Shown here piece after piece: positions 40,201 through 53,339 of a DNA stretch of 64,000 nt (positions within the stretch are counted from its first letter, which is position 1; each line of letters starts with the position of its first letter). The notes under the pieces are model-generated. The model was not told the DNA's origin. It made no database searches and saw nothing but the letters and a program-made list of their open reading frames with translations. This DNA comes from Trichoplax adhaerens (Eukaryota > Animalia > Placozoa). Where the stretch lies: the NCBI RefSeq assembly GCF_000150275.1, contig NW_002060948.1, positions 5,068,336-5,132,335 of the forward strand, written 5' to 3'. The translations under genes and the position numbers were made by a program.

Positions 40201-43200
40201 CAAATAAGGATATACTGTACTCTTATACTTCTTGTACGTATATTCTGGTACGTCTATTTTGACATCCTTTGATGCATTAAGAGAATGTACACAAGATTAA
40301 GCGAGCGTATAATAATTTGCAGAAGAAATGATTGATGCAATACTGGACTCAGTCATGGTGAAATCTGAATGTTATGATGTTGAAGGGTAAAATAATGAAG
40401 ATCGTTGGCAATAGCCATCATTTATTTTCCTGTCAACATTATTTTATAAGGATGATGCTAACAATTTCAAAGCGGAAGTGATATGAAATAAGATAGAGTA
40501 ATAGTTGAATGAATAGTCGTAGGTAGAAAACGATGTAAAAGTAAACTGATTGGAAGGACAATCTTAAACGATGGAATGAACGTGCTTTTTAAATTATCTT
40601 TGAATAGATTTTAGAAAGTCGCTCGATAAGATATTATCCTGTAGGTTTGTCCAGAAGAACTAACGAACAATTACGTAAGTTAAGAAGGAAAATAACTACA
40701 CTTTAAATGAATATTTGGATTATCTAGTCAAATGTTGGATAACCACGGTCAAGTAGTTGCTATGAAATGCTTGATTATTTATGTATAACTTTTTACTAAC
40801 TGTGATTAACCATTAGAGATATGTGAAAAACGATAGACTATCGTGCTAATATTATTCTCCTGTTGTAACATTCTGTCCTAGTTTTCTATTTCCTTGCTTT
40901 CCATAGGATTGTACTTTCATATTTTCGACTAGAGACGTGTTTTTATATGGAAGATAATACAGTCCAAATTGAGTACATTACCCCGGCCTTAATCCATTCG
41001 TTCATTTTTAAGATGACAAGTTACTCAAGATAATAGTTTAAAGATGAAAACAGTATTTATTCTCCAAGTCTTACCTAAATTTTCTGTAGTACTTCAAATG
41101 ATAGAAAGTTATTGTCGTGAACGGATTCAATCCAAATTGATTCCTTCCTCTTTAATACCGTCATAACCTAGTCATTCATGCATTCGATCTTCAAACTCGT
41201 AAGTTACTCAACTCAATTAGGAACAAGAGTTTTAGGATAGAAAATGGCTCTAGTTCTCCAAGTCTTGTCTAAATTTGCGTTACTCTTTCAATGGATGTTA
41301 TAGGAAATTATTGTCGTTGAGCTGATTCCATTACTTTCGATATGGTCATAACTTAACAATCCATTCATTCTTCCGCTCACAAATTACTCCAATATGGACA
41401 ATAAGTTTAACACAAAATAATTATAGTTCTTCCAATCTTGCCTAAAGTATCGATAGTACTTTAAAGAATGATATTGAAAATGGCTATTACCGGCTAATTC
41501 AATCCAAATTGATTGCATTACCTTGGATGCAATTATAACCTAGTCATTTATTCATTCTTCAAATGCACAAGTTGCTCAACTATGGGCAAGAGTTTGAGGA
41601 TAAGTAATGGTTCTAGCTTTGCAATTTTTCCCTCAATTTTCGAGAGTACTTCAAATGATGCTCCAGAAAAGCATTATTGTTAACTGATTCCATCAAAATT
41701 GACTCTATTACTTTTTGATAAGGCCTTAATCCAATCATTTAATCATTCTTTAAACTCACAAGTTATTCAAATATCGACCAAAATGATTCAATTCTTCAAA
41801 TGTTGCCAAATTTGTGATAGTCCTTCAAATGATGCTATAGAAAATTATTATGGCTAGCTGATTCAATCAAAATGAAGTACACGATCTTTGACGCAGCCAT
41901 AGCTTAGTCTTTCTTCGTTCTTTAAACTTACAAGTTATTCAAATGTAAACAAGAGTTTTACCAGTAACTTAAAAAACGACTCTATTTCTGCAAGTCTTTC
42001 CTAAATTTTTAATAATATTTTAAATGAAAAAAATTACTGTTGAAATGACAAGAGCCTAGGAACGGCGTAATTGTAGTATTGGATCTAAGAAAAATATTAC
42101 AAATACGATTGCTACAGAATCATTTTTTGTACAACAGTTATATTATCATGATAGCTATGATAGAATTGGCTACTCATCGCTATATCACTTTAAGACTTTA
42201 TTCCGTAGATGGAGTATTCGTCCTAGGCAATATACATGGCTTGTATAATGCTTTTCGCATTTGTTTTCATCAGCTAGTATCCATGATGACCTAGTGCACC
42301 AATAATTTATGATTAACATGCGCGTATGACACAATTGTCATTATTTGCCCTTGATTTACTCACATACAATATACGAATAAATATAATGTTTGATTATACT
42401 TACTTATTTATGCGCTTAATGCACATACTTAAAGAAACTTAAATTTGTTCACTAAAATTAATCTGTCCTTCTTAATTTCCCATTTTAGAACTAGTGAAAC
42501 GTAAAGTTATGGTCCTGGACCTTGATGAAACTTTAGTTCATTCTCATCATATTGGGTATGCCTACTCTTTGTCTACAAAATTTTAAAATTAATGGTGTTT
42601 ACTTGCATTTTCATGCGCCTGTTTTAATGACCTACTACAGGATGTCAGTTCTACATGATTCTTTGAAATATGCTTTCATTAAATGATTACTTAATACTAT
42701 ATTTCGCAGGATTGGATCCAATAACTCTCCTATGATGGCACCGGATTTTGTATTAACTGTGAGTTCGGATTATTTTTAAGATATTCTAGGATTAAATTAT
42801 GACAATATTCCAGCTAACATCAACTATACTGAAATATTTTTGTCTCGTTACTATATTTTTAGTTATGTATTGATAAACAACCAGTTAAGTTTTTCGTTCA
42901 TAAAAGACCACATTTGGATTATTTTTTGGAAGTAGTTAGCCAATGGTATGATCTAGCGATTTTTACTGCGAGTATGGAGGTATGAATTATAGTTTTGATT
43001 TCTATCAACAGTAGTAGAACAGACTGTAATGAGACTTTATTATACGCTGTTGCGTATAGAATTAATTCTGCATTATTTAATTTTATTTTAAATTGGTTAG
43101 ATATATGGCTCAGCTGTCGCCGATAAGCTTGATCTCAATCGAGGCATCTTAAAAGATAGATACTATAGACAGGTAGGGAATATGCGAACAGACTTGAACT

Positions 43201-43646
43201 TCTTCTGCTTAGCGATAGTCAATTTATTCAAGATGCTAACATACCATTGCCATCTTTTACCTATATTTTAGCATTGCACTTTTTCATTTGGCAGCTATAT
43301 GAAAGATCTTAGTAATGTCCACCCTGACTTATCGGATGTTTTTATTGTCGATAATTCTCCTGGTGCTTATCGAACTAATCCAGGTATGCTATACTGTCAT
43401 TTTTTTGTATTATTTGTATGCTTGATGTTAATCTCTTGTTGGAATGTTCTTTATTATCTGTATCAACTCCTAACTAAATTTTTTATTCTTAACTTTGCAC
43501 AATAAGAAAATGCAATACCAATTAAGTCATGGTTTTCAGATCCCACAGACACTGCATTACTCAACTTATTACCCATACTAGATGCTCTTCGATTCACCAC
43601 AGATGTCCGATCTGTTTTAAGTAGAAACTTACACAGCCGTTGGTAA
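37218..43646 (+). CDS. CTDNEP1: CTD nuclear envelope phosphatase 1 (Dullard). Exons 37218-37310, 40608-40674, 42489-42555, 42710-42758, 42863-42979, 43101-43172, 43272-~43384, 43507-43646
   Basis: N-terminal hydrophobic helix; [18 protein letters not shown] (DxDxT HAD motif); [33 protein letters not shown]; IVDNSPGAY; [42 protein letters not shown]. Confidence 0.96.
40985..42040. repeat. Diverged intronic tandem array, unit about 180-190 bp, about 5-6 copies
   Basis: Recurrent ttctccaagtctt.cctaaattt...agtacttcaaatga...gattcaatc.aaattga...ataacctagtcatt...aaactcacaagtta.tcaa. Confidence 0.85.
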
Positions 43647-45060
43647 ATAGTAAATTTTTTATAAGAACTATCGTTCTATTATTCCTAAGCCATATGACTG
43701 AAAGGCGAAAATTCTATTACAAATCGTATTATAGCAACACTATGTTCTTATTTGATCAGAATGTGAATTGCTACAAGTTGAACTATGACAATTCGCATTA
43801 ACTTCTTACGCTTGCCAGCGCCATGTATTATACAGATGTATTGAATAAGATATTGTTTAGCAGTTATGCAAGGCTAAAAATTTATCAAATTTGATCTTGC
43901 CTAATTTTTGAAGCATTGTGTAAAGATTTAGTTTAAACGCTATTGCTCAGCAAAATTTGAGCATTCACTTATGATGATAACATTTTTGCATGTTATTTTT
44001 TTAATATGACTAGCTGTAATGATAATAATAGCAATTTATATCACTTTTTTTATAGAGTCCTCTGTTATTAATGTGGATTGTACAACCTTTGTACTGTACG
44101 TTTCGATCATGTCCCGAATTGCAATGCATATTATTTATGTTCATTGTGTTAGCAGAAACTAATGTCCCACAAAATTTCTATGCAAATTTTCACCTATTTG
44201 CTGTATAAAAGATGTCAATCAGAAAAAAAATAAATCATCTTTACTTCTTCACCTAATAATGACGATGATGGCTCTGTATTCTCCCAAGTGTTCTACTTTA
44301 TCATATAACTAGTTAAAAGTTACTAGCACTTGCGTGGCACATGCCAATAGTCCTTAAGAAAAATTTCATATTGATTTGTTTATTTACTAACAAAGACTAA
44401 CAAAATATTGCCATTCTTAGAACACCAGTATCAACGTAAAATGCCTTAGCTCTAGTATAATACTGCTGCTATCCGTGGCCCATAAACTAATTTTAAAAGT
44501 TTTGTGCATGACGTCACTCTATCTGGGTGTATCTTTACGTAAATTCAATCGAAATTACTTTCATATTTCTATAATAACAGGATCAGTTAGTTAGTCATCA
44601 AGGCACAGAATTTACAATATTTCAACTTTAACTAAGCAAAATCTTCTCTATAGAGACTTGGAAAGCTACCCAAAGATGATTGTAACACGTGAAAAAAGGC
44701 ACGAAAATGTTATAGCGTTATGACACACTGCCTTACACGAAAAATTCACATCTATACACAGTCGTTTAAATACGATACAATGTATACATTTTCCCTTATT
44801 ACTTTTCACATATTTCTCATCTAATTTTTAAAACATCAAATTAAAATAAAAGATTTTTTAGCAGATGGTCTCACCAAAAATTAATAGCATTTGATAGTGG
44901 TGAGGTAATTTTAAATAACTACGAAAATTAAATCGTATAAACTGTCCCTAACAAAAGATAAATAAAATTTGTAAAACGAAAGTGTACTGCTTTGTACAGA
45001 AACTCTTAGTATCGAAGAATTTGATGTTGTAAATTATCATCATAGTGTCTTGAATGACTA

Positions 45061-48000
45061 TTATATGATAAGAGTTGCATCAATCTGCGTAAGTGACGGC
45101 AAAGCCAGTTTAAGTTTTCGCCTATACATGGGATCAGAAGCAATTGGATTTGCTTCTAAGTAGATCGTCTTAATTTTTTTGCAGTTATCGAGCTCCTTAA
45201 CATCGTTCCAATCTTGAACTTGATTATTGTTCATCTTCATACCGAAAAATAAAGAAAATTAACAAAAATAAGATTCTTTAATGTGGAAAGAGCGCAGAAA
45301 ATTTTATTTATGTATCCAAAATATAAACGTAATAAATAAATATTAAAAAATCAATCAAAATACTGTATATGATAGATATACCCAAAGCTCCTCTAGTAAT
45401 GTTAAATGACCAAGATTCTGAATTTTACTGATACGATTGGCAGCTACATCGAGAATAGTCAATTTCGTCTTCCAAAAAATAAGTTCGTAATGATACACAG
45501 TTAGTTAGGCTAAAATTGAGGATCATTCTATATACTATCGAATTATTTTCAATTTTTTATTATAACATAGATACTATCCAATACCAGATTTTCCAGTCCT
45601 TCTATAGTTTTAATACCATTATCGCTGACATATAGTTCCTCTAAATTGACCAATTCTGATAATCCGAGCAATGATTCAATACGATTGCACTATAAATAGA
45701 TGCAGTTTATCACTATATTTGTCATTAAACTCTACATTGCTATATAAATAAGAGCTTTAACGTATTTTTCTTATACCTGGATACTGAGAGTTTTCAATCC
45801 ACGCAGACAGCAAATTCCCTGTAAATAGTTAGTAGAATTCGTATGTGATTGTTCTTAAAGTTACATCAATGAATTTATTATCATAATGGCAATCCTGCTG
45901 ATTTGCAAGCATGAATAAAGCGATATTACCTCAAAGGATGCAATTTTATTACGGCCCAAGTACAAAGATGTTAGATTTTGCAAATTTTGAAAACCCTCGA
46001 TTTTCTAAATTTGATCGGAGACATGAGGTTCAGCAATAAATAATTTATAATTAAAATGAAATTGTATTTACCCTAATCTTATTGGATCCAAGCTCCAGCA
46101 TCTTTAATTCTTTTAAGTTCTCTAAATTTTCAATAACTTTAATTCTGTTATTACACAGATATAAGTCTTCAACTTTATCCTGTTGATGGAGGTTTTCAAT
46201 TTTTTTTATTCCATTGAACGATAGATCAAGCTGTCTATAAGACAAACGGTATATATATATATATATATATGAATAAATGTATTAGAATTATTTCAAATTT
46301 CTATAAGTATTCGTAGTTTTGCTACTATTATTATATTTGACACTAGAGCGACAGTGTTAAATTTTGAAGGAAATATACCTAAGATTGACCAAAGTGTCAA
46401 TATTTTCAATTTTTTCCAATTGATTATCATATAGATCCAACTCAGTAAGCGTTGTTAGCATATCAATGGCTTCGATACGCTTAATTAAATTTTGACGAAG
46501 GCATAATTTCTATCAAAGAGACGATATAGCAAAAAAGATTTTAAAATAAAACCTAAAACCTATGATACATTCGCCATTGATGCTAATTAGTTTATAACTT
46601 CTCTATGGTAAATAGTAAACTTATAGGGCAAGTTAACAATTAATTTTTCAACAAATTGAAAAAATACTAGCTAAAATAACTACCTATAAGACCGTTAGTA
46701 AAGGGAATAACTGCAAACAGTGATATCTCTTCTATCTAATACCGATTAGCGTATATCGCTAGATTGTTTAAAATGTAGTCATACTAAAGTATTTCCATAA
46801 ACGCCAGTTATCGCTACAGCTGTAATCTATAAAAATTTTTAGCAAATGCTGTGATCGATCGGTACATATAACAAAAATTTGATGAATAACCTCAACACGA
46901 CGCAGCCTGTCAAGATTTTCAATTTTTTTCAAGCGGCTGTTTGCAATTTCGACCACCTACAAAGCACGTATAGTAGAAGAATTTGAATAGATTGAACATT
47001 TCTCATTAATACTTTTCAATAGTTAATTATTATTTTATAATTCCTTGTTCCGTATCATTTTAAGACCTTAGATAAACTATAGTACAAGAAGGTATGTTAT
47101 ATTTAAGAGAGATAACTACTGACTAGAATATTCTCTCGCTTACTGAAGCGGTTGGTAAACGATGATAGTTTGTGTTTAAACTAAAAAGATACGTATTTTC
47201 CATATCCTTCAGTGGATTACATACATAGTTTGACATTTATCATTAAATAGGCGACAAATTACGCATTGAAAAGTTGTTAATATTGGTATATACGTATTCA
47301 TCCATTAACCCGAAGTTAAAACCTTGGGGCAATTTACAAAATTATGAATAGCAAAGATCCATTACATCCATCGTATATAAATAAATAATGAAGTCAAACG
47401 CAATTTTTCTATTCATAATTGTGAAAATAGGACACTCTTTCATTAAATGGAGAAAATCGAATAACCATCTTATTTAAAAAACCGATACTGTGAGAAGTTG
47501 ATGGTTGTGTTTCTCGGATTCTTCGAAAAGTGAAATTCATGTATTGTATTTTTAAAAGGAAATGCTACAAAATTTTTGCCTTCTAAGCATTGTACCAATG
47601 CTGCTCTATATACAGGCCAACGTAAGTTTAGTTCTATTGGGTAGAGTTAATAACATTTAATTCTGAAATAGGTGTAAAGCCATCCATTCTATTGTGTGCC
47701 TACCGATTACTTTGTAATCGAGCTATCATTGTTAGCATAAAGCAGTCGATTAGCAGGCCAAAGGCATAATGTGATTGAGACCTTTCTCATTTTATAGCTA
47801 TTAAAGTCAGTTATATTTTGAAATGATTTACCCTACTAAACACTACGCTGTTGAAATGGAACAGTGAAATAGAACCAAACTACTTCCCGTTTGATAAAGC
47901 TCATTTACCATTTGGTAGTAGTTGAGCGATGTACCAGCTGTATGAAATTGGGTATTAATTTTGAAAGATTGCAGAACATGCATATAACAGGTGGACAGGT

Positions 48001-49090
48001 ATTTCGGCAATATTTACTGTATATTAGATCTCGGCATTGGGTAGTCATTATTAGTAGAAGCATTGAAACTTCCGTATGCAAATAATACGTTCTTAAATGC
48101 CAAAAAGTTACTGTATACTCGTATACATTTGGTTAATGGGCTGGAAAGATTTAGTGTGTGTCCTCATACTGATCTCCATTTCTGCCAACATTGACAGTAT
48201 TCTGTTAAACGGATAATTTAGTTGATCGCTTTTACGGACAATAGTAATACCGAATACTTCTAGTCATGAATTGATCTCCGACCAAGAAGTAATGATCTAA
48301 ATCGTTGCCAACATTTATTCCGATAAACGGAAATTCACGATTGGAGTTGGTTTCAAGGCCAATAGTGATACCAAATCGATCACCATCTTATTCTACATAC
48401 ACTATTCCAAAGGCAAATTTAGTAGTATTACTTTCAAGGAGGATAAATAATGGTAATTGCATTAAGAAATGACAATTTCAATAAGCTACTCGGCGAGTGA
48501 TGGTGAATAAGAAGATGGAGATAATTGCACCATCATCATGCAGATGACGTTGTAATATATTTGCTACTTTGGAATCATATTTCGTGTTACTATTTTGTTG
48601 AACAAGATACTTTAAAATGGACTAGCTTATAGCCCGCCCGTTTAGGAAGTAAGCCACACAATTTTCTATTTCCATTAAGAATAGAGCCTTGGCTCTAGTC
48701 TAGGTCAAGGTCCTTGGCTGAGATTGAGCACTCAAAAACAGCTTGGCCAGTATCCATCTTTGTGGTCAAGTTATGAAACGTCATTAAATGGTAACTTGAT
48801 GACGAAAAAATGTATAAACTTGACTGTAATCTATCGATTAAGATAACAACTATTCAACATGTTATGATCAAGATAAGACTAACCAAGCTATCAGGATCGA
48901 GCTCAATAATCAATTCTTCGCTATCTTCGCCTACAGGAACAAGTAGAGAATAGTGTTAACCTCAAGCCACTGACTACATCTCTCGGCTCGATCGATGCTA
49001 TACTAGCCTAGAAAGCAATAAGGAGACGATGCACTTGTAAGCCTTTTTCTAACCTTTTTCAGCACATTGATTATCTGTTGATGAAGACAT
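45061..49090 (-). CDS. PPP1R7: Protein phosphatase 1 regulatory subunit 7 (Sds22, LRR). First exons 49090-49054, 48930-48884, 46956-46891; last exon 45234-45061
   Basis: KLCLRQNLIKRIEAI..LTELDLYDNQLEKIENI; LDLSFNGIKKIENL; LKMLELGSNKIR; LWMNNNQVQDWNDV..IYLEANPIASDPMYRRKLKLALPSLTQIDATLII*. Confidence 0.95.
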
Positions 49091-49574
49091 GATCGGGTAC
49101 TTGTAGCTGAGTATTTTACGTTGTTGCTGTTGACTAAAAAGGGCCAAAGGAAACACTTGTGATGAACGATCAAAAATGAGAAATTGAAGTTTTCATCACC
49201 TTGGTAATACTGCTGTAGTATCACGTAGTCAATGTCAGACGATGAATATAGAGACTATTCCTGCAGTCAGACTACAGTATTGAGTACCAAACTGCACAAT
49301 GTGCATACTGTGCTTATCCAGTAGCAGACCTCTTGTATGTACTATGTAATACGTACTAGTGTTTTAGTCCAACTCAATCAACATTCTTAGACGGACAGAT
49401 AGAATGGACACAATCTTGTCAACATCTTTATTATGGGCAAACACTTGATCATGGCAGCAGTTATGACTTGAATTGGACTGATTTTCTCTGCATAAACTAA
49501 GTAATATTACATTTAATCTTACTGTATTACAATACGATAGACTGTATGAATGAAGCTGTCACAAATTAAAATTT

Positions 49575-50580
49575 AATTAAATAACCTGTGATGTGGAAAA
49601 CAGACACAGAAGATAGATGATCGATACTACTTAGCCATTTTTCGAAATTTAAAGGTCTCTATCCGGTAAGAAAAGTCCGTCCATCCGAGAGAGAGTGATC
49701 ACTCAAGATCGCAGCAAATTCATGGGCCATGGCTAATTCGCCATTCTCGATGATCGCGATCGTCGAAAATGGCGTATCTTACACCTAAGTTGAAGAACAG
49801 AGCTTTCTGTACACGTATTATAAAATGTACATTTGATCGATCCTGCGTTTGTTAACACCTATGACTACATCGCTGAAATGGCTTATATGATTATATAAGA
49901 AAAGTCCGTCCATCCGAGAGAAAATGATCACTCAAGATCGCAGCAAGTTCATGGGCCATGGCTAAATCGCCATTCTCGATGATCGCGATCGTCGAAAATG
50001 GCGTATCTTACGCCTAAGTTGAAGAACAGAGCTTTCTGTACACGTATTATAAAATGTACATTTGATCGATCCTGCGTTTGTTAACACCTATGATGACTAC
50101 ATCGCTGAAATGGCTTATATGATTCATGATACACGCCATATTGCCATTAACACTACTGTACTTACTGAGTTTCAATTCAAACAATTTACATAAATCGTAC
50201 AGCATTATGCTATGTGGGCAACTATGTGGAACATTCATACCCACTCACCCGACCTACGGGTATACACTACTATAAACAGTAGTCTAGAAATAAAGATCAT
50301 ACAGGAATTTCAACGGAATACAACTTTGATTTTTGAACGAAGGAGTGCTATCGAAAATAATCAGATTGTACAATACTCTTATACTGTACTCCATACTGCA
50401 TGTAGTATGTCTCGCCCTGGATCCTGGATACGTATCCATTTTGAATGTAAATCACTCCCGATGTCTTCTTCGGACGGGCGGACTTTTCCTACTCTATGAG
50501 ATCGAAAATGTCGAAAAATAGCTACAGCACCTAGTATGGATCCTCCGTGTCTGTTTGCTAAATCACTCGTACTAATTTAA
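49575..50580. mobile_element. About 1-kb element bounded by imperfect inverted repeats of about 110 bp (MITE or DNA-transposon remnant)
   Basis: Left arm ttaaat..gtgatgtggaaaacagacacagaagat..tagccatttttcgaaattt..taagaaaagtccgtccatccga (about 49575-49688) is reverse-complementary to right arm tcggacgggcggacttttccta..aaatgtcgaaaaatagcta..atcctccgtgtctgtttgctaaatcac..atttaa (about 50470-50580). Confidence 0.6.
49667..50124. repeat. Near-identical tandem duplication, period 229 bp
   Basis: taagaaaagtccgtccatccgagag...gctgaaatggcttatatgatt starts at 49667 and 49896; a few substitutions and a 3-bp indel. Confidence 0.95.
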
Positions 50581-51329
50581 CTGCTAATAATACTAGCTTA
50601 ACATCCGGGTCGCTTCGCCAACAGAGATATCGTAATTCATACTCGTCGATTCTTATATAATTATTTCAAGTAGAACTTGGTAATAGATTTTAAGATTGAA
50701 TGACTCAATTGACAGTTGGAAAAAATCAGTCAATTCAGAATCGACCGCACGCATCCTAAGGAACTCTACGGTACAGTGACAAGTCTAGGTCTTCTTCCAA
50801 TATACAGTAGTAGAGACTACAGAGTAGTGTACACTTGAAAAGTCCTATCTCATTGTATGTACATTTGTTACGTTTTCAAATATATGATCTTCTACTCGGC
50901 AACAAGGAAGATTTCGTCAAATCTTCGCATGAGTCCCAGTAGTGCTAGAGTGTTGAAGTAAACTTTATTGTTGTACTACAGCGTTCTATAACTGAACAGA
51001 ACCAACGGTTTACATATACTGTAGTATGCTGTACGCTGTATAATAAAGGTCTTTTTTTAGCAGGACATGAAAAATTGCAAATAAAGGTCCCTAGTCACCA
51101 TACAAGTCTTGAAAAAGTAAAGCAAAGTCCATGACTGTTCTGTACTAGTATAAAAAAAAAGAACAGAAAAAAATCTTGAAAGTATTACGTAAGCAAGTAA
51201 GGCTCCGAGCCTGCGTACAGCTTTAGTAGTGTCCGATACAGTTGAAAAAAAAAGGAAAATGTAAATCCGGGTAAGCACTCTGGTATCTATTGGATAGCAT
51301 TAGTAAGCTAATGTATAACGTCGTAAATG

Positions 51330-51731
51330 GGTTTGAATTGGTAGCAATGCTTCAGAAAACAGACACAGAAGATCCCTTCTTCTTTAACTCTTTGCCGACA
51401 TTTCTGTCCCTCTTTCAAAAAAGTCCATCCATACCTCATGTCTCGAAGAACTGGTGCACTCAGCAATGTGACATGACTATGCACAGTATAAAAAACCATG
51501 CTATCTGTGTGCATGACAGCATGGTTTGAATTAGTAGCAATGCTTAAGAAAACAGACACAGAAGATCCCTTCTTCTTTAATTAAGTAACTCTTTGCCGAC
51601 ATTTCTGTCCCTCTTTCAAAAAAGTCCATCTATACCTCATGTCTCGAAGAACTGGTGCACTCAGCAATGTGACATGACTATGCACAGTATAAAAAAAACC
51701 ATGCTGTCTGTGTGGATGACAGCATGGTTTT
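51330..51731. repeat. Near-identical tandem duplication, period about 193 bp
   Basis: ggtttgaatt(g/a)gtagcaatgctt.agaaaacagacacagaagatccc...gacagcatggttt starts at about 51330 and 51523. Confidence 0.95.
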
Positions 51732-53339
51732 CTGAATTGGTACTGTATCATGTGTCACTGCCATATACATGATACAGTACTGTACGTCAACGGTGAAGTT
51801 TTTCATACTGGCACTACTATAGCAAAAAGTGAAGAGGCTTGTAATCACGATTCTGATTTCATAAATGTGAGTGATAAAATAAGGAAAGTGGTGCTTGCCG
51901 ATTTACAGTTCAAATGACCACTTTACTGTATATCACTGCTACTATAGCACTGCACTTTTACTTTCTTTGGATTGAATATAGAATTGTACATGTGGAGAAA
52001 AAGGCCTTACTGTTCTTCTCTCTCTCTAAATTGCAAAGGCCTGTGCCGCTCGTCATACTGTTGTACAAGTACACACCCACAGGGCGGGCCTTGTGACTTG
52101 TGACGTTTCTTTGAATACGCCGAGTCTGAACAGGTTTCAATCTTGTTGGTGTATTGTCAGTACTAGACGCCCTACTGTGACGTTAGTGCTTCATGCTGAG
52201 TGCTGTATTCATTTTAAAAATTGTACTATTCATTGCAAGCCATGCGATGACAGAATTCAGTTATCAGACAAATGGAAAAGCTTTTCCTAGACTCCTATCC
52301 AGGAAGTTGCTGCTCCTTGATGATGCTTTAAAGCGAAGAGACGCTAAATTGAAAATCCAACATTCCTACCAGCCCATGCCTAGTCCAATTCATTGCAATT
52401 CAATTCTACAATGCAACTGAAATGGAAACGTCAATCGTCACTTGGCTGACCTCAGTCTACTTTCTATTGTGTCAGCAATGAATGACCTGAAGTAGACGAT
52501 CATCCTCGAGTACGTACTGTCATACAGGTGACTCGCGCAGCTCACCCTCACTGTATTCAGTCAAGCTCTGGTAACGTGCGTCGCGTTGCGTCAGAGTTTC
52601 TGGGATGTGCAACGAGTGCCAGCGCCCAAGTTGATTGGCATATGGGCAAGGCGGTCATTGTTTGAAGCATTGTAAGGCCTACATGTAGAGTAGTTGTCCG
52701 GGACATTTTAATGGATTTATACAATAATCATAATCTTCAATCGACATTACTATGTGTCCTTTTAATTACTTGAACCATTTTAGTAATTGTATTGAATTAA
52801 TTAGCATTCTAGTGGCAAGGAGCTCAAGGGCAGATAGGGGGAGCCGGTGAATGAACTACGCTTAGGAGTTAGTATCGCTCACCAGTCAACAACAGCAGAT
52901 TGTCTGTCACACTGTGTGTGACTCACCCACCACTTTTCATGTCAGTCGAATGACACGGAACCACGGACTCCATCCTGCACACGCTCTCTCCCAGTACGAT
53001 ACAACCACTGGTCTATCAATACAATACGCTCAGATAACTGGTACCGTACCGGAACAAGACGTCAGTGAAAAAGGCTGCCAGCCCCCGGTAGTACTACAGT
53101 ATATTCGATTCAGTCTATGGAGTAGGCCAGAGAAAAAAATTTTTTTTCCTTTCACAATTTTTTTTGGCCTCCGATCTTGGACTTGGTTCACTCAAGAGAG
53201 TTTTTACCCTCTTCAAGCATTCTTACTGGCAATTATTATTACTACTGAAGACTTTCGCAAAGGTTAACTACAGCCAGTTGTTATTAACAAAAACTGTCAT
53301 TGCTGTTGGAGACGTGTCGACGAGTTTTTTACACCTGAA

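Noticed and set aside
47294-47322. Possible 29-nt alternative exon in PPP1R7 (GFNFGLMDEY) with the same phases as exon 2
   Set aside because: Weak splice sites and no homology support; exon 48930-48884 already supplies the expected IELDPDSL segment
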